Below, piece after piece: positions 36,201 through 45,330 of a DNA stretch of 64,000 nucleotides. The DNA is from a virus. The notes under the pieces were generated by a model. That model was not told the DNA's origin, ran no database searches, and saw only the letters and a program-made list of their open reading frames with translations. The first letter of the stretch is position 1. Each line of letters opens with the position of its first letter. A program made the position numbers and the translations under genes. Location: positions 4,088 through 68,087 of the IMG/VR virus record IMGVR_UViG_3300033153_012010; one strand, 5' to 3'.

Positions 36201-38772
36201 TTGGAATGTAGCATCAGGAGGAGTTCGTGGTCTTAAATTCCAAAATGCAAATAATGGGCTTGACATGACATTTGGAAGCGCTACTTATGCGGGTCTTAAT
36301 ACAGCAATATTTAATGCAGATGTAGGAATTGGAACGGCTACTCCTGGATATGGACTTGAAGTAACAGGAACAACAAATATTGGTGGAATTATTTATTCAG
36401 CTGGGACTCCACTTGATACTATCTTTGCATTTGCAGGCTCAAATACAGATGACATCACAAGAGTTCAGGGTGGAACAAATATAAGCACTGGTGGAACAGT
36501 TAATTTCCCAATTGTAAATTTAGATGACAATATAACTCTTAGTTCTGTTTCAGCAACAACATTAAGTGCAGCAACTTATTATTCTGGTTCAACAGAACTT
36601 AGTTCTTTATTCGCACTTGCAGGCTCAAATACAGACGACATCACAAGAGTTCAAGGCGGAACCAATGTGTCAACTGGTGGAACAGCTAATGCTCCAGTTA
36701 TTAATTTAGATGATGATATACTTCTCAGTACAATAACTGCGACAACAATTTCTGCAACAACAATTAGCGCTGATACAGTTTCTATTGGTGGAAATGGTAT
36801 GTCTGGGGTATTTGAAGTAAAGGCTAATTCAGATAGTGAATGGTTTAAAGTTGAAAGTGGTGATGTATCATTTAATTCACAAGGTGGAAAAACATTTGCT
36901 GGTGCTGGAGACCTTGGTGCTAGATTTAATATTTCACCAGTAAATGATACACTCCCTACACTATCAGTTAAGGGATATGCTTCTGGCGGTGTTCAAGATA
37001 TTTTTAGAGTTTCTTCTTCTGGAGCAACTGACGGAGACTTCTTTAATGTTAAGGCAGATGGAAAAGTAGGAATAGGAACATCGAATCCTAGCCAAATATT
37101 CCATATTGACAATGCTTCTGGTGATGATTTATTCATAGTAAGAGATATAGGTACAGAAGTTAGAATAGGTATTGGTGGTGCAGGCAACCCGTCTGTCGCT
37201 CTTCAATTTGGTGATTATTGTAATAAAACAATTAGAGGACATCAAACATTAGATTTTGATAGTAGCTCTCAAGTAAAAATAACAGGTAAAGATAATGGTA
37301 GATTTGCTGCTCAAGCTTCAAAAGGTTTTTATTTTTATCCAACTGGCTCAACTACTAGTGGTGATATATATGGTGTAGGAATAAGACATTTAAGACCTAG
37401 TTCAGCAAATACGGTTGATAATATACTCTTAGTAGAAGATTCTGATGAGATTAATGTGTTTAATGTTAAGGGAGATGGAAAAGTAGGGATAGGAACAGCT
37501 ACGCCAGCTTATCATCTTGAGGTAACTGGGACAACAAATATTGGTGGAATTATTTATTCTGCTGGAACAGCACTTGATACAATATTCGCTTTTGCAGGAA
37601 CTAATACAGATGACATTACAAGAGTTCAAGGTGGAACGAATATCTCAACAGGCGGAACAGATAATGCTCCAATTGTAAATCTTGATGCAGATATAGTTCT
37701 TAATTCTGTACACGCAGTAGAAATGTCTGCAACAACATTATCTGCACAAACAATTAATCTTGATACGCTAAGAGGTTTTTATAACCCATCAATAGGTGGT
37801 TACGATTCAATAACAGTTTCAGATGGAATTTACATGGGTGCATGGGCAAACTTTTCTGCAGGAACAGGTGGTGGAGTAATCTATTCTGGTGGAACAGACC
37901 TTTATAATATATTTGCAACAGCAGGTTCAAACACAGATGACATCACAAGAGTACAAGGGGGAACAAATATTTCTACTGGTGGGACAGATAATGCTCCAGT
38001 TATTAATTTGGATGACAACATCTCTCTTGGTTCGGTTAATGCAACAACTTTAAGTGGTGGAACATTATATTCTGGGGCAACTGAATTGTCAACCATTTTT
38101 GCTCTTGCAGGAACTGATACAAATTCATATACAACAGGATTCACATATGATAATTCTAATGCATTCACTATAGCTGTTAGTAATGGAAGTAATTATACAG
38201 CTGTTATTGATGAGATGTCTGGTCTTACAATTGGTGGAGACCTTACAGTTAATGGTCAATCTATATTCTCAGGAGAAACTGATGTAGTTACAATATATGG
38301 AAGTGGAACAACCTCTCCAATATTTTCTATAAATGGTTCTTCTGGTCAATTATTTTCTGTTAATGATTCTCTTATAGGAGATATATTCTCTGTTAATGAT
38401 ATTTCTGGATTTCCTATTTTAACTGTTAATTCAGAAGAAGTTGTAACGGTTGATGGAGCTCTTGTAATGAATACAGAGACAACATCAGGATTAACAGTAG
38501 GTTCAACAACATGTGCAACAATTGATGCAACTCTTGGTCGTGGAGCTTACTTTGATTATTACATTATGAGTGGAGAAACAATGAGAACTGGAACTGTTAT
38601 GACTGTGTGGAATAGTTCAAGCGTAGAGTATACAGATACATCAACCAAAGACCTTGGTGGAGACACAAGTGGTGTAGCATTTAGTGCAACAACTTCTGGA
38701 GGATTTACAAACCTTATAGCCATTGTTGATTCTGGAACTTGGGTTGTTAAGACAGGGACAAGAATTATATAA
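30205..38772 (+). CDS. Giant repeat-built tail fibre/appendage protein (2855 aa)
   Basis: GTG start after TATTTATA at 30180; S/T/G-rich; 11 DITRVQGGTN modules; GNVGIGT..P..KLEV fibre motifs. Confidence 0.85.
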   Translation: MAIDFIYPEVRINPEYKFNEIMSGYNYNFTLLENFNELTGITVVGNLTVTGDTFLNTLIANSISALTFSADTIYSGSTDLSYVFFVGPTASTNNAIVKFGDTTGRLGENTGIIITDTNSITGITGMNMDLASGDNFTIDGETNLRGVTVGAVRQLHMPSIPGTRAYNFQVNTNGFADTKAIEVNYTSPSFANNDQASVFNINVDTDDATGGQIDALRVSTLGATATTVHGLHAEIQVHPIHQHSGELSDMDYAFSSDSTFTTFENVTNSFNNASADTTMFSSYQDYIVIGNANQFVEMSFNLDTPTTNPGVIPSFEYSTGGTGWATLAPIDNTNGFRQNGGISFSIPTDWSADTVNGVSGQYWIRIRREKTGNLSTIPIENQVQIAVVNEYYWDKYGNVSINDLDVAGVMSSGGTDLYDIFLTSVSDGDITRVQPGTNISTGGTGNLPTINLLDDILLNSISATTISGGTFYSGGTDLYNIFSTSAGVTGSGTNNTIPLWNGTTALDDSIITQNGTTALTISGDIIIGGNVEVLGTATTINTQDLFVIDNTITLNSGGTHISAIGGGLFVQNGVSTGNDSSWLIDSNGNWITPQGIYSNFMSANTMSAETINGGVLLSGGTDLYNIFLTSADGNDITRVQDGVNISTGGTANEPTINLDDNIVLGSVSATTVSASTFYSGSTDLMDIFLTAADVSGSTVSPGANISVVNSALDYEVSVVDSPSFNNVLFSGTATGGDIIATTLSGGTLYSGATELSTLFAPAGSNTDDITRVQDGTNISTGGTANNPTINLDDDIVLGSINATTLSGGTLYSGTTELSTIFALAGTDTNSYVTGFTYDNANALTIAVNNGNNYTAVIDEMTGLTVSGNLSATTFYSGSTELGSLFALAGSNTDDITRVQGGTNVSTGGTANAPIVNLDDDIVLTSVNAISISGGTIFSGTTDLSDLFIQRVLQVDFNSHTGNTNNPHSVTASQLGVYTTSQTDNLLNTKADLSGATFTGTIFTPSLSATTLSGGTLYSGATELSTLFAPAGSNTDDITRVQPGTNISTGGTGNFPIVSIIDDIVLNSVSATTMSAATIDGGVLLSGGTNLYNIFATAGGGGIYDGSGTSPSGTTVAIGDKINFDSNTFVIDATQSSVGIGTNSPQSGFIFDVNGNSIFRNSIYINGKDLINSTTLSYRLSATGGASFVNDNGGNFGIGTSIPNYKLEVSGTSNTTGIMYSAGTPLDTIFAFAGTNTDDITRVQGGTNISTGGTANAPVINLDDNITLGSVNATTLSGGTLYSGATELSTIFALAGTDTNSYVTGFTYDNANAFTVAVSNGNDYTAVIDTVTGLTINGGVGSLTNGLKFGDGDTGIFEKTDDNLYFTFAGTESFYANTLNIAGTNNNAFAVLNEQATSTNPTLVPSRGDYDTGIGYGGVDILSLIAGGIEAARFTVTGETINKNLELKHTSASTIGVIYKDSDRFIHNYAHHSGATAVPLGNNTFVGIGAGNFTMGETASGSWQGSANVGVGWKTLEATTTGYKNTALGSEALVSVTDGHSNMAIGNQAGRRITTGDFNAIIGEAALTYNVTGNRNLAIGQSAGAGSSNLSDFNNTVLLGYQAGFELLTLGSNNILIGYRAGDTLEAGDTNILIGYDIDAPLPSSSNVLNIGNLIFGTGIDGIGTAISSGNIGIGTTAPAYKLEVSGTSNTTGIMYSAGTPLDTIFAFAGTNTDDVTRVQGGTNVSTGGTANAPTINLDDDITLGSVSATTISGGTLYSGATELSTIFALAGTDTNSYVTGFTYDDSNAFTVAVNNGNDYTAVIDTVTGLTINGGVGSLTNGLKFGDGDTGIYESSDDNLVIKSAGISSDVISFHINTERFRMEADTFYTAVAGEFAIVGETPSSTNPVYTFNGDFDTGIGRNAINELSLIAGGIEAARFTTGVTFVTGDLGVGTSSPQHELDVNGTIQSSGPNFTGSEGGMLIRNQYSGGSRTGGLRIGGTTTEQKYADFYWEDGTTFTWNVASGGVRGLKFQNANNGLDMTFGSATYAGLNTAIFNADVGIGTATPGYGLEVTGTTNIGGIIYSAGTPLDTIFAFAGSNTDDITRVQGGTNISTGGTVNFPIVNLDDNITLSSVSATTLSAATYYSGSTELSSLFALAGSNTDDITRVQGGTNVSTGGTANAPVINLDDDILLSTITATTISATTISADTVSIGGNGMSGVFEVKANSDSEWFKVESGDVSFNSQGGKTFAGAGDLGARFNISPVNDTLPTLSVKGYASGGVQDIFRVSSSGATDGDFFNVKADGKVGIGTSNPSQIFHIDNASGDDLFIVRDIGTEVRIGIGGAGNPSVALQFGDYCNKTIRGHQTLDFDSSSQVKITGKDNGRFAAQASKGFYFYPTGSTTSGDIYGVGIRHLRPSSANTVDNILLVEDSDEINVFNVKGDGKVGIGTATPAYHLEVTGTTNIGGIIYSAGTALDTIFAFAGTNTDDITRVQGGTNISTGGTDNAPIVNLDADIVLNSVHAVEMSATTLSAQTINLDTLRGFYNPSIGGYDSITVSDGIYMGAWANFSAGTGGGVIYSGGTDLYNIFATAGSNTDDITRVQGGTNISTGGTDNAPVINLDDNISLGSVNATTLSGGTLYSGATELSTIFALAGTDTNSYTTGFTYDNSNAFTIAVSNGSNYTAVIDEMSGLTIGGDLTVNGQSIFSGETDVVTIYGSGTTSPIFSINGSSGQLFSVNDSLIGDIFSVNDISGFPILTVNSEEVVTVDGALVMNTETTSGLTVGSTTCATIDATLGRGAYFDYYIMSGETMRTGTVMTVWNSSSVEYTDTSTKDLGGDTSGVAFSATTSGGFTNLIAIVDSGTWVVKTGTRII

Positions 38773-39485
38773 TGAGTACTATAGGAGGCCCAAATATTAA
38801 AAGTAATGGATTGATTTTGCATCTTGATGCAGCGAATCCTAAGTGCTTTAATAGTACAGTAAACCAAGGTGTTTGGACAGACCTTGAAACAAATGTAGAA
38901 AGCACTATAGAAAACTACAGTGCTCTTACTACTTGGTCAGAAGTTGCTGGTGGAGTTTTTGATTTAGATGGTAGTTCTCGAACAGGTCAAACATGGATAG
39001 ATGTATCACCCTCTATTGAGTTTGCAGATACAGATGTTAGAACAATAGAATTTGCTTGTAAAATAGAAGATAATGGAGATAATGTTCTAAAGGCTATGTG
39101 TGGAAAAGGAAATACTCACCCAGTAATTTGGTATCAAAGACAAAGTGATTCTTCATTTTATTTTAGTTATAGAGATAGTGACGCAAATTATAATTATTTT
39201 GATACTATTAATGAAGATTATAGAGTTTGGTTTATAGTATCCTTTGTTTTTAAGGCAGATAGAAGTATTGATTTTTATTACAATGGTATTTATAATTCAA
39301 CAGTAACACCAACATCATCATCAACAGAACAAATTATTTCAAGAATTGCTGGTGGATATGTTGCTGGCGAAAATTATTATCCTTGGAATGGTTATTTTGC
39401 AACTTGCAAAATATACAATACAGAATTAACAGCTGCAGAGGTGTTTGAAAATTTTAATTCAATAAGAACCAGATTTGGTTTATAA
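38772..39485 (+). CDS. LamG/concanavalin-A-like domain virion protein
   Basis: GPNI..NGLILHLDAANPK N-terminus and KIYN.ELT..EV.ENFN..R.RFGL C-terminus. Confidence 0.8.
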   Translation: MSTIGGPNIKSNGLILHLDAANPKCFNSTVNQGVWTDLETNVESTIENYSALTTWSEVAGGVFDLDGSSRTGQTWIDVSPSIEFADTDVRTIEFACKIEDNGDNVLKAMCGKGNTHPVIWYQRQSDSSFYFSYRDSDANYNYFDTINEDYRVWFIVSFVFKADRSIDFYYNGIYNSTVTPTSSSTEQIISRIAGGYVAGENYYPWNGYFATCKIYNTELTAAEVFENFNSIRTRFGL

Positions 39486-39496
39486 ATTTAGAAATT

Positions 39497-40738
39497 ATGG
39501 GATTTCATAGAGGACCGAAAATAGTAAGAGATGGACTTGTGTTGCATTATGATATGGCTAATCCAAAATGTTTTAGAGGCGTTGTTACAACTAATTTGCT
39601 GAACTACTCTACAATGGAGCCTACCAATCCTAATTCTGTTTATGTTTCTCCTAGTGGAAATACAGCTAATGTTGCTGGTAGTAATTGGCACTGGAGCGTA
39701 TATCAAGTATCTGAAATTTCTCCTGAAGGTGGAATGGAGTGGTTACCAAATGAAGTGGACCCTCTTGGCAAAAGGGGTGTTTGGAAAATGAAAAAAAGAA
39801 CTGGCGGAAATAGTGAGAGTAATTTTTATCAAAATTTGTCTGAAAATATAGATTCTGGATTAACATATCAATTAAGTGTTTACTGTAAAACAGATACAGC
39901 GTCAACAGCTAGAATTCATACATATGTTACAGAAAATGGAATTAGTAATTGGAATAATGGAAGCTCGTATCATACTGGAGGAGGAGAATGGGAGAGACTT
40001 GTTGTCGAACTTCCAGCAAACAATGGTTTTACAGATATAGGTGCAATAAGGTGTCAATCTAAAGGTACAACAGTTGATGCTAATATTTATTGGAAAAATT
40101 TTCAAATTGAACAAAAGAATTATGTTACAAAATTCACAGAAACTTCTAGGGGAAACTCAGTTGATACTGGTGGAGGATTATTTGATATTAGTAAAAATAA
40201 AAACCATGGAGCTATAAGTGATGAACCAAGATTTTATGAAGATAATAGAGGTATTCTTTATTTTAGTGGAGCCACAGAAGTAGTAATTCCAAATCCATTA
40301 AATCAATCTGCAACAGGTCAAACATGGACTGTTTCTGCTTGGATTAATATTACTGATAAAGTGTCTCAACAACTTGTTAATGGTTTAAATAGAAATCTTT
40401 ATGTATGTTATTCTCAAGGAAATAATAGTTTATTGTATTTGAATAGTGGTGTTGATGATTATTATACATACGGTGGAGACTTAGGTGGTATTGGTTGGGT
40501 AATGGCTACTTTTAGATTTCGTAATTCTGATGGTTATCGAACTATCTATAAAAATAAAACAGATATTACTACATCAGGGCCAAATAATACTAGTACACCA
40601 ATAGGCCAAGATGCTTCATTTGAACTATTTCCAGGACTCGAAGGATATGTGTCTCAAATTTGCATGTATAATACATTATTGACTGATGCACAAATTTCAC
40701 AAAACTTTGATGCACAAAAAACAAGATATGGATTATGA
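39497..40738 (+). CDS. LamG-like virion protein with an inserted carbohydrate-binding-like domain
   Basis: Same termini as its neighbours plus a ~200-aa insert (TYQLSVYCKT...WERL...FQIEQK..VTKF). Confidence 0.78.
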   Translation: MGFHRGPKIVRDGLVLHYDMANPKCFRGVVTTNLLNYSTMEPTNPNSVYVSPSGNTANVAGSNWHWSVYQVSEISPEGGMEWLPNEVDPLGKRGVWKMKKRTGGNSESNFYQNLSENIDSGLTYQLSVYCKTDTASTARIHTYVTENGISNWNNGSSYHTGGGEWERLVVELPANNGFTDIGAIRCQSKGTTVDANIYWKNFQIEQKNYVTKFTETSRGNSVDTGGGLFDISKNKNHGAISDEPRFYEDNRGILYFSGATEVVIPNPLNQSATGQTWTVSAWINITDKVSQQLVNGLNRNLYVCYSQGNNSLLYLNSGVDDYYTYGGDLGGIGWVMATFRFRNSDGYRTIYKNKTDITTSGPNNTSTPIGQDASFELFPGLEGYVSQICMYNTLLTDAQISQNFDAQKTRYGL

Positions 40739-41424
40739 TTACAGGACCTAATATAAATAGAAATGGATTAATTATGTACCTAGATGCAGCCAACCCTAAA
40801 TCATATATTAGTGGTGGTACTGAATGGAATGATTTGAGTATTTATAAAAATAATGGAACTCTAACAAGTGGTACTACTTTTAGTTCTGATAATAAAGGGG
40901 TTATTGGTTTTGATGGTATTGGTGATTATTGTTCTCTAGGAGCAGCGGCTTCTTCTCTAGTTCAAGGGAAAAGCGATATGTCTATGGGAATTTTATTCAA
41001 ATTAGATGCTTTAGATACTCTAAGAGGATTAATTGGTACTTTAAATTATAGTTGTGGTTCTAATTTAGGATTAGTGGCTAATGGTACTAGTTTGCGATTT
41101 TATAATGATTATGATACCATCTGTTATAATATTGGACTTAGTAGTTATCTTGAAGTAGATAAATGGATATATGCTGTAGGTACATATGATGGAATAACGA
41201 CACGTATGTATGGAATTAAAGATGATGTTCTAAGTCAAAATAGTGGAACTATTAAGAGTGGATATACTAACAATTTTGTTTCAGATTTTAGAGTAATGGG
41301 TAATGAATATGCTTTAAATTTTACAACTGGACAAACAGCTATGTCATTTGTATATAATAAAGCACTCACAGAAGAGGAAATACTTGAAAATTATAATGCA
41401 ATAAAATTGCGATTCGGATTATAA
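40735..41424 (+). CDS. LamG/concanavalin-A-like domain virion protein
   Basis: GPNI..NGLIMYLDAANPKSY, W.DLS, FDG..DY, W..AVGTYDG and YNKALT.EEI..NYNA.K.RFGL motifs. Confidence 0.85.
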   Translation: MITGPNINRNGLIMYLDAANPKSYISGGTEWNDLSIYKNNGTLTSGTTFSSDNKGVIGFDGIGDYCSLGAAASSLVQGKSDMSMGILFKLDALDTLRGLIGTLNYSCGSNLGLVANGTSLRFYNDYDTICYNIGLSSYLEVDKWIYAVGTYDGITTRMYGIKDDVLSQNSGTIKSGYTNNFVSDFRVMGNEYALNFTTGQTAMSFVYNKALTEEEILENYNAIKLRFGL

Positions 41425-41568
41425 AAATCTTATTTATTTCTATTTATAATATGAAAGGCTTTGGACAGTGAAGGAGCATTCAATCTTATATTGAAAATTA
41501 TTTTTTCTACCAATTTCTGGTAGACCTATCCATTTTGTCCTTTTTTAAATTAAACAACATTAAAAATA

Positions 41569-44500
41569 ATGGGTTCAGAATTCGTTGCACGTAAAGGCTT
41601 AATCATACAGAACACTTCAAGTGGTACAACTGAGACTGATGTTTTAGTTAAAGATGCTAATGGTCTTATAAAATATATAAGTGCATCTGCTCTTACTACT
41701 TCTGATTCTTCTGATAATTTTATAACTGGATTTACATATGATGATTCTAATAAATTCACTGTATCTGTTAATGATGGAAATGACTACACAGCGGTAATTG
41801 ATGAGATGACTGGATTGACAGTTAATGGAAGTTCTATATTTGGAACATCAGCATCAGATACGATAATTTTAGCTAACACTGCGTTTAAATTCACAAATTC
41901 TATATTTCAATCAAATTCAAATACAACTGGATTTCAACTTAAAGCAGCAACAGCAACAGCAACATCACCAATTTTTTTACCAAACAGAGGAGCAACTACA
42001 ACAGGAATAGGTGGTGATATAAATACAATAGCTTTAATAAACAGCGGGGTTACAAATTTATTGGCAACTTCATCTGGAGTATTTATTAATACTCCTCTTA
42101 CAGCTCCTTCTGTGAGTGGAACAACAGTGAGTGCATCGACATTTTATTCTGGCTCAACAGAGCTTGGTTCTTTATTCGCACTTGCAGGCTCAAATACAGA
42201 TGACATTACGAGAGTTCAAGGTGGTACAAATGTATCAACTGGTGGAACAGGAAATATTCCAACAATAAATTTAGATGATGATATTGTTCTCGGCTCTGTT
42301 TCAGCAACAACATTAAGTGGAGGAACTCTCTATTCAGGAGCAACCGAATTATCAACCATATTTGCACTTGCGGGAACTGATACAAATAATTATGTAACTG
42401 GATTCACATATGATAATGCAAATACTTTTACTGTATCTGTTAATGACGGAAACGACTACACAGCTATTATAGAAACAATAACTGGATTAACTATAAATGG
42501 TGGCACAGGCTCATTAACTAATGGGTTAAAATTTGGAGATGGAGATACAGGAATATTTGAAAGTAGCGATGATACTTTAGTTGTGCAAACAGGAGGTTTT
42601 AATGGTGCATTCTCAAGTGGTGGTCTTGTTTTTAGTACTGCTGGTAGTGGTAGAATTCAAAATGTGGATGCAACTTCAACAGTGCCAACGTTTTCTTTTA
42701 ATGGAGATTCAAATACTGGAATCGGGTCATCTGCACTAGACGAACTTTCTTTAATAGCTGGAGGAGTTGAGGCAGCAAGATTTACAACAGGAGTAACATT
42801 TATTACTGGAAACTTAGGAGTTGGAATTGATACTCCTAGTAGAAATCTTTCTGTTGCTGGAATTTTTGGTGTTGAGAATTCAGGTGGTGATGAATATCTT
42901 TATGCTAATGCAACTTCTAATGGTATTGATTATGCAATTAAAGATTCAGGTGGAACAATATCTTTTAGAATTGATGATAGAGGTGGTGCAGAAAAAATGT
43001 ATTATAATGGAGTTGGAAATGTAGGAATAGGGACAATAAGCCCAGCATATAAAATGCATGTAATAGGAGATGCATATATAGATACTTGGTTGTATTGTAA
43101 TAACTTTTATCCTAAATCTTCCACTCAAAATATGTTGTTCAATACTGGGACTGGCAAGAAAATTACATTCAACCCTGCTTCAGGTACAACAATATTTTCT
43201 ACTGGGAATGTAGGAATAGGAACAGAAGCTCCAGTTTATAAACTCGAAATAAGCGGAACATCAAATACAACAGGAATTATTTATTCAGCTGGGACTCCAC
43301 TTGAAACAATTATTAGCACCCTTTCTGTTGGAAGCGAAGATACCACAAGAGTTCAAGGTGGAACAAATATATCAACTGGAGGGACAGCAAATAACCCAAC
43401 AATAAATTTAGATGATGATATAATTCTTGGTTCTATTTCAGCGACAACGATTAGTGCAACAACTAAAATGTTTTTACCAGGTGGTGGTATATTAACAGCA
43501 TTTATTGGTGACGAAGATACTGGTATAGCATCATCTGGTACTAATGCGCTTGCTTTTAAAGCTGGCGGTGCCACTATGTTATATATTAATTCCACTGGGT
43601 TTAGATTCCCTTCTGGGAAGAAGTTTGCTAACAGTGGCACTGGTAATCCTTGGTTTAACTTTCTTGGTGGTAATCCAGTTGGTAATTCAGCAACTAATTA
43701 TTTTGAAATAGAAAATGCCCCATCTGGTGGTACACCAACATTTAGAACAGCTGGTAATGCTGAAGACGATGTTAATTTTAATTTAGGTACAAAAGGAAGT
43801 GGTATTATTAATTTATTAAGCCCATTATCGGCTTCAACAATAAATGCTAGTGGACTTACTATAAATCAAGCAGTAGATAATAGTGCAATAACAGTATACG
43901 GTTTTGATGATAAATCTGGTTCTACTGGAACATTTAGTGTTGGTAGTGATGGAAATGTTATATTTGGTGCTACAGGGCATGTTAAGTTTAATCCAACTAA
44001 TGAAACACAATTTACTGGTGGATTAATAAATGTAAATAATGGCGGCAGTGGACTTAGGCTTAATGATGGAAATCTTTTAAAATTAGGAACTGGTTCAGAT
44101 TATAGTATCGGATACTCTGCAGCGGATGATTCACTTCAAATTATTGACGGAAGTGTTCTTGATACTAATGTTAGAATTGCAATTGATAATACAGGACAAG
44201 TAGGTATTGGAACAGTTACTCCAGCTTATAAACTTGAAGTTTCTGGAGATACAAATTCAACTGGAGTTATTTATTCTGGTGGAACAGACCTTTATAATAT
44301 ATTCTCAACAACTGGTGGAAACCTTTGGAGTGCATCAACAGGAACAAACTCTATAATTGCAAACAATGGTTCTGGTAACATTGCTGGTGGAACAAATTCA
44401 TTTGCGCAAGGTAGTAATAATTTAGCTTCTGGAAATAACTCAGCCACTATTGGTGGAGCTTTTAATTCTGGGGTGACTAGTGATTACATGTTTATTGGAG

Positions 44501-45327
44501 GTGGTTATGGAAATATAACCTCAGCGAGAAGAGCATCAATTGTTGGTGGTTATAAAAACACAGTTAATGCTGGTTATTCATCTTCAATTATTGGTGGTCA
44601 ATACAACACAGTATCAAGTTATTACTCAGGAATTATAGGTGGAACTTTGCAAAAAACAACAGGTAATAATTCAGGAATATTAGCTGGCTCTGGAAATAGA
44701 GCATATGGCTCAGCTTCAGTAGTTATTGGTGGTAATACTAATACAGCAACAACAACTTATTCTACAGTCATAGGTGGTAAACAAAACCATTCTAACGGTA
44801 TTTCATCTGCTGTAATTACTTCTTCTGGCTCTACAGTTACAGGAGCTCGTTCCGCAGTTATTGGTGGTCAAAGTCTTATAAATTCATTCGATGATACATT
44901 AATGACTCCTAATCTAATTGTAGATAGTAGCTATGGTTTTTCAGCTAGTTCTTTCACATATACTGATGGAAATGAAACTAATACTTATGTATTAACTTCT
45001 GATGCTCTAGGTAATGCAACGTGGCAAGAACCATCTGGTGGAGCTGTTGATGTTGTTGTAGATACTGGTTCAGTTATTAAATTTAGTGGGAAAACAATAT
45101 ATGATTCTCCAGCTTCTCCTAGTACAGGAAATTATACAGATGACTTAACTGGCGCTGAAATTGGAATAGTTCAAAAATCTTATCACAATAGTGGTTCAGC
45201 TCCAACAGTACCTGCAGGATGGGTATTACTAGGAGATGGAATTTATTTTACAAGTCAATTAAACATCATTTATGCCGAATGGGTAAGTGGAACAAGAGTA
45301 GAGTACTGGATAATACAGGAGCAATAA
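41569..45327 (+). CDS. Tail fibre/appendage protein (1252 aa)
   Basis: Shares long modules with 30205..38772; GNVGIGT motifs; C-terminal IIGG..N beta-solenoid-like repeats. Confidence 0.82.
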   Translation: MGSEFVARKGLIIQNTSSGTTETDVLVKDANGLIKYISASALTTSDSSDNFITGFTYDDSNKFTVSVNDGNDYTAVIDEMTGLTVNGSSIFGTSASDTIILANTAFKFTNSIFQSNSNTTGFQLKAATATATSPIFLPNRGATTTGIGGDINTIALINSGVTNLLATSSGVFINTPLTAPSVSGTTVSASTFYSGSTELGSLFALAGSNTDDITRVQGGTNVSTGGTGNIPTINLDDDIVLGSVSATTLSGGTLYSGATELSTIFALAGTDTNNYVTGFTYDNANTFTVSVNDGNDYTAIIETITGLTINGGTGSLTNGLKFGDGDTGIFESSDDTLVVQTGGFNGAFSSGGLVFSTAGSGRIQNVDATSTVPTFSFNGDSNTGIGSSALDELSLIAGGVEAARFTTGVTFITGNLGVGIDTPSRNLSVAGIFGVENSGGDEYLYANATSNGIDYAIKDSGGTISFRIDDRGGAEKMYYNGVGNVGIGTISPAYKMHVIGDAYIDTWLYCNNFYPKSSTQNMLFNTGTGKKITFNPASGTTIFSTGNVGIGTEAPVYKLEISGTSNTTGIIYSAGTPLETIISTLSVGSEDTTRVQGGTNISTGGTANNPTINLDDDIILGSISATTISATTKMFLPGGGILTAFIGDEDTGIASSGTNALAFKAGGATMLYINSTGFRFPSGKKFANSGTGNPWFNFLGGNPVGNSATNYFEIENAPSGGTPTFRTAGNAEDDVNFNLGTKGSGIINLLSPLSASTINASGLTINQAVDNSAITVYGFDDKSGSTGTFSVGSDGNVIFGATGHVKFNPTNETQFTGGLINVNNGGSGLRLNDGNLLKLGTGSDYSIGYSAADDSLQIIDGSVLDTNVRIAIDNTGQVGIGTVTPAYKLEVSGDTNSTGVIYSGGTDLYNIFSTTGGNLWSASTGTNSIIANNGSGNIAGGTNSFAQGSNNLASGNNSATIGGAFNSGVTSDYMFIGGGYGNITSARRASIVGGYKNTVNAGYSSSIIGGQYNTVSSYYSGIIGGTLQKTTGNNSGILAGSGNRAYGSASVVIGGNTNTATTTYSTVIGGKQNHSNGISSAVITSSGSTVTGARSAVIGGQSLINSFDDTLMTPNLIVDSSYGFSASSFTYTDGNETNTYVLTSDALGNATWQEPSGGAVDVVVDTGSVIKFSGKTIYDSPASPSTGNYTDDLTGAEIGIVQKSYHNSGSAPTVPAGWVLLGDGIYFTSQLNIIYAEWVSGTRVEYWIIQEQ

Positions 45328-45330
45328 CCC

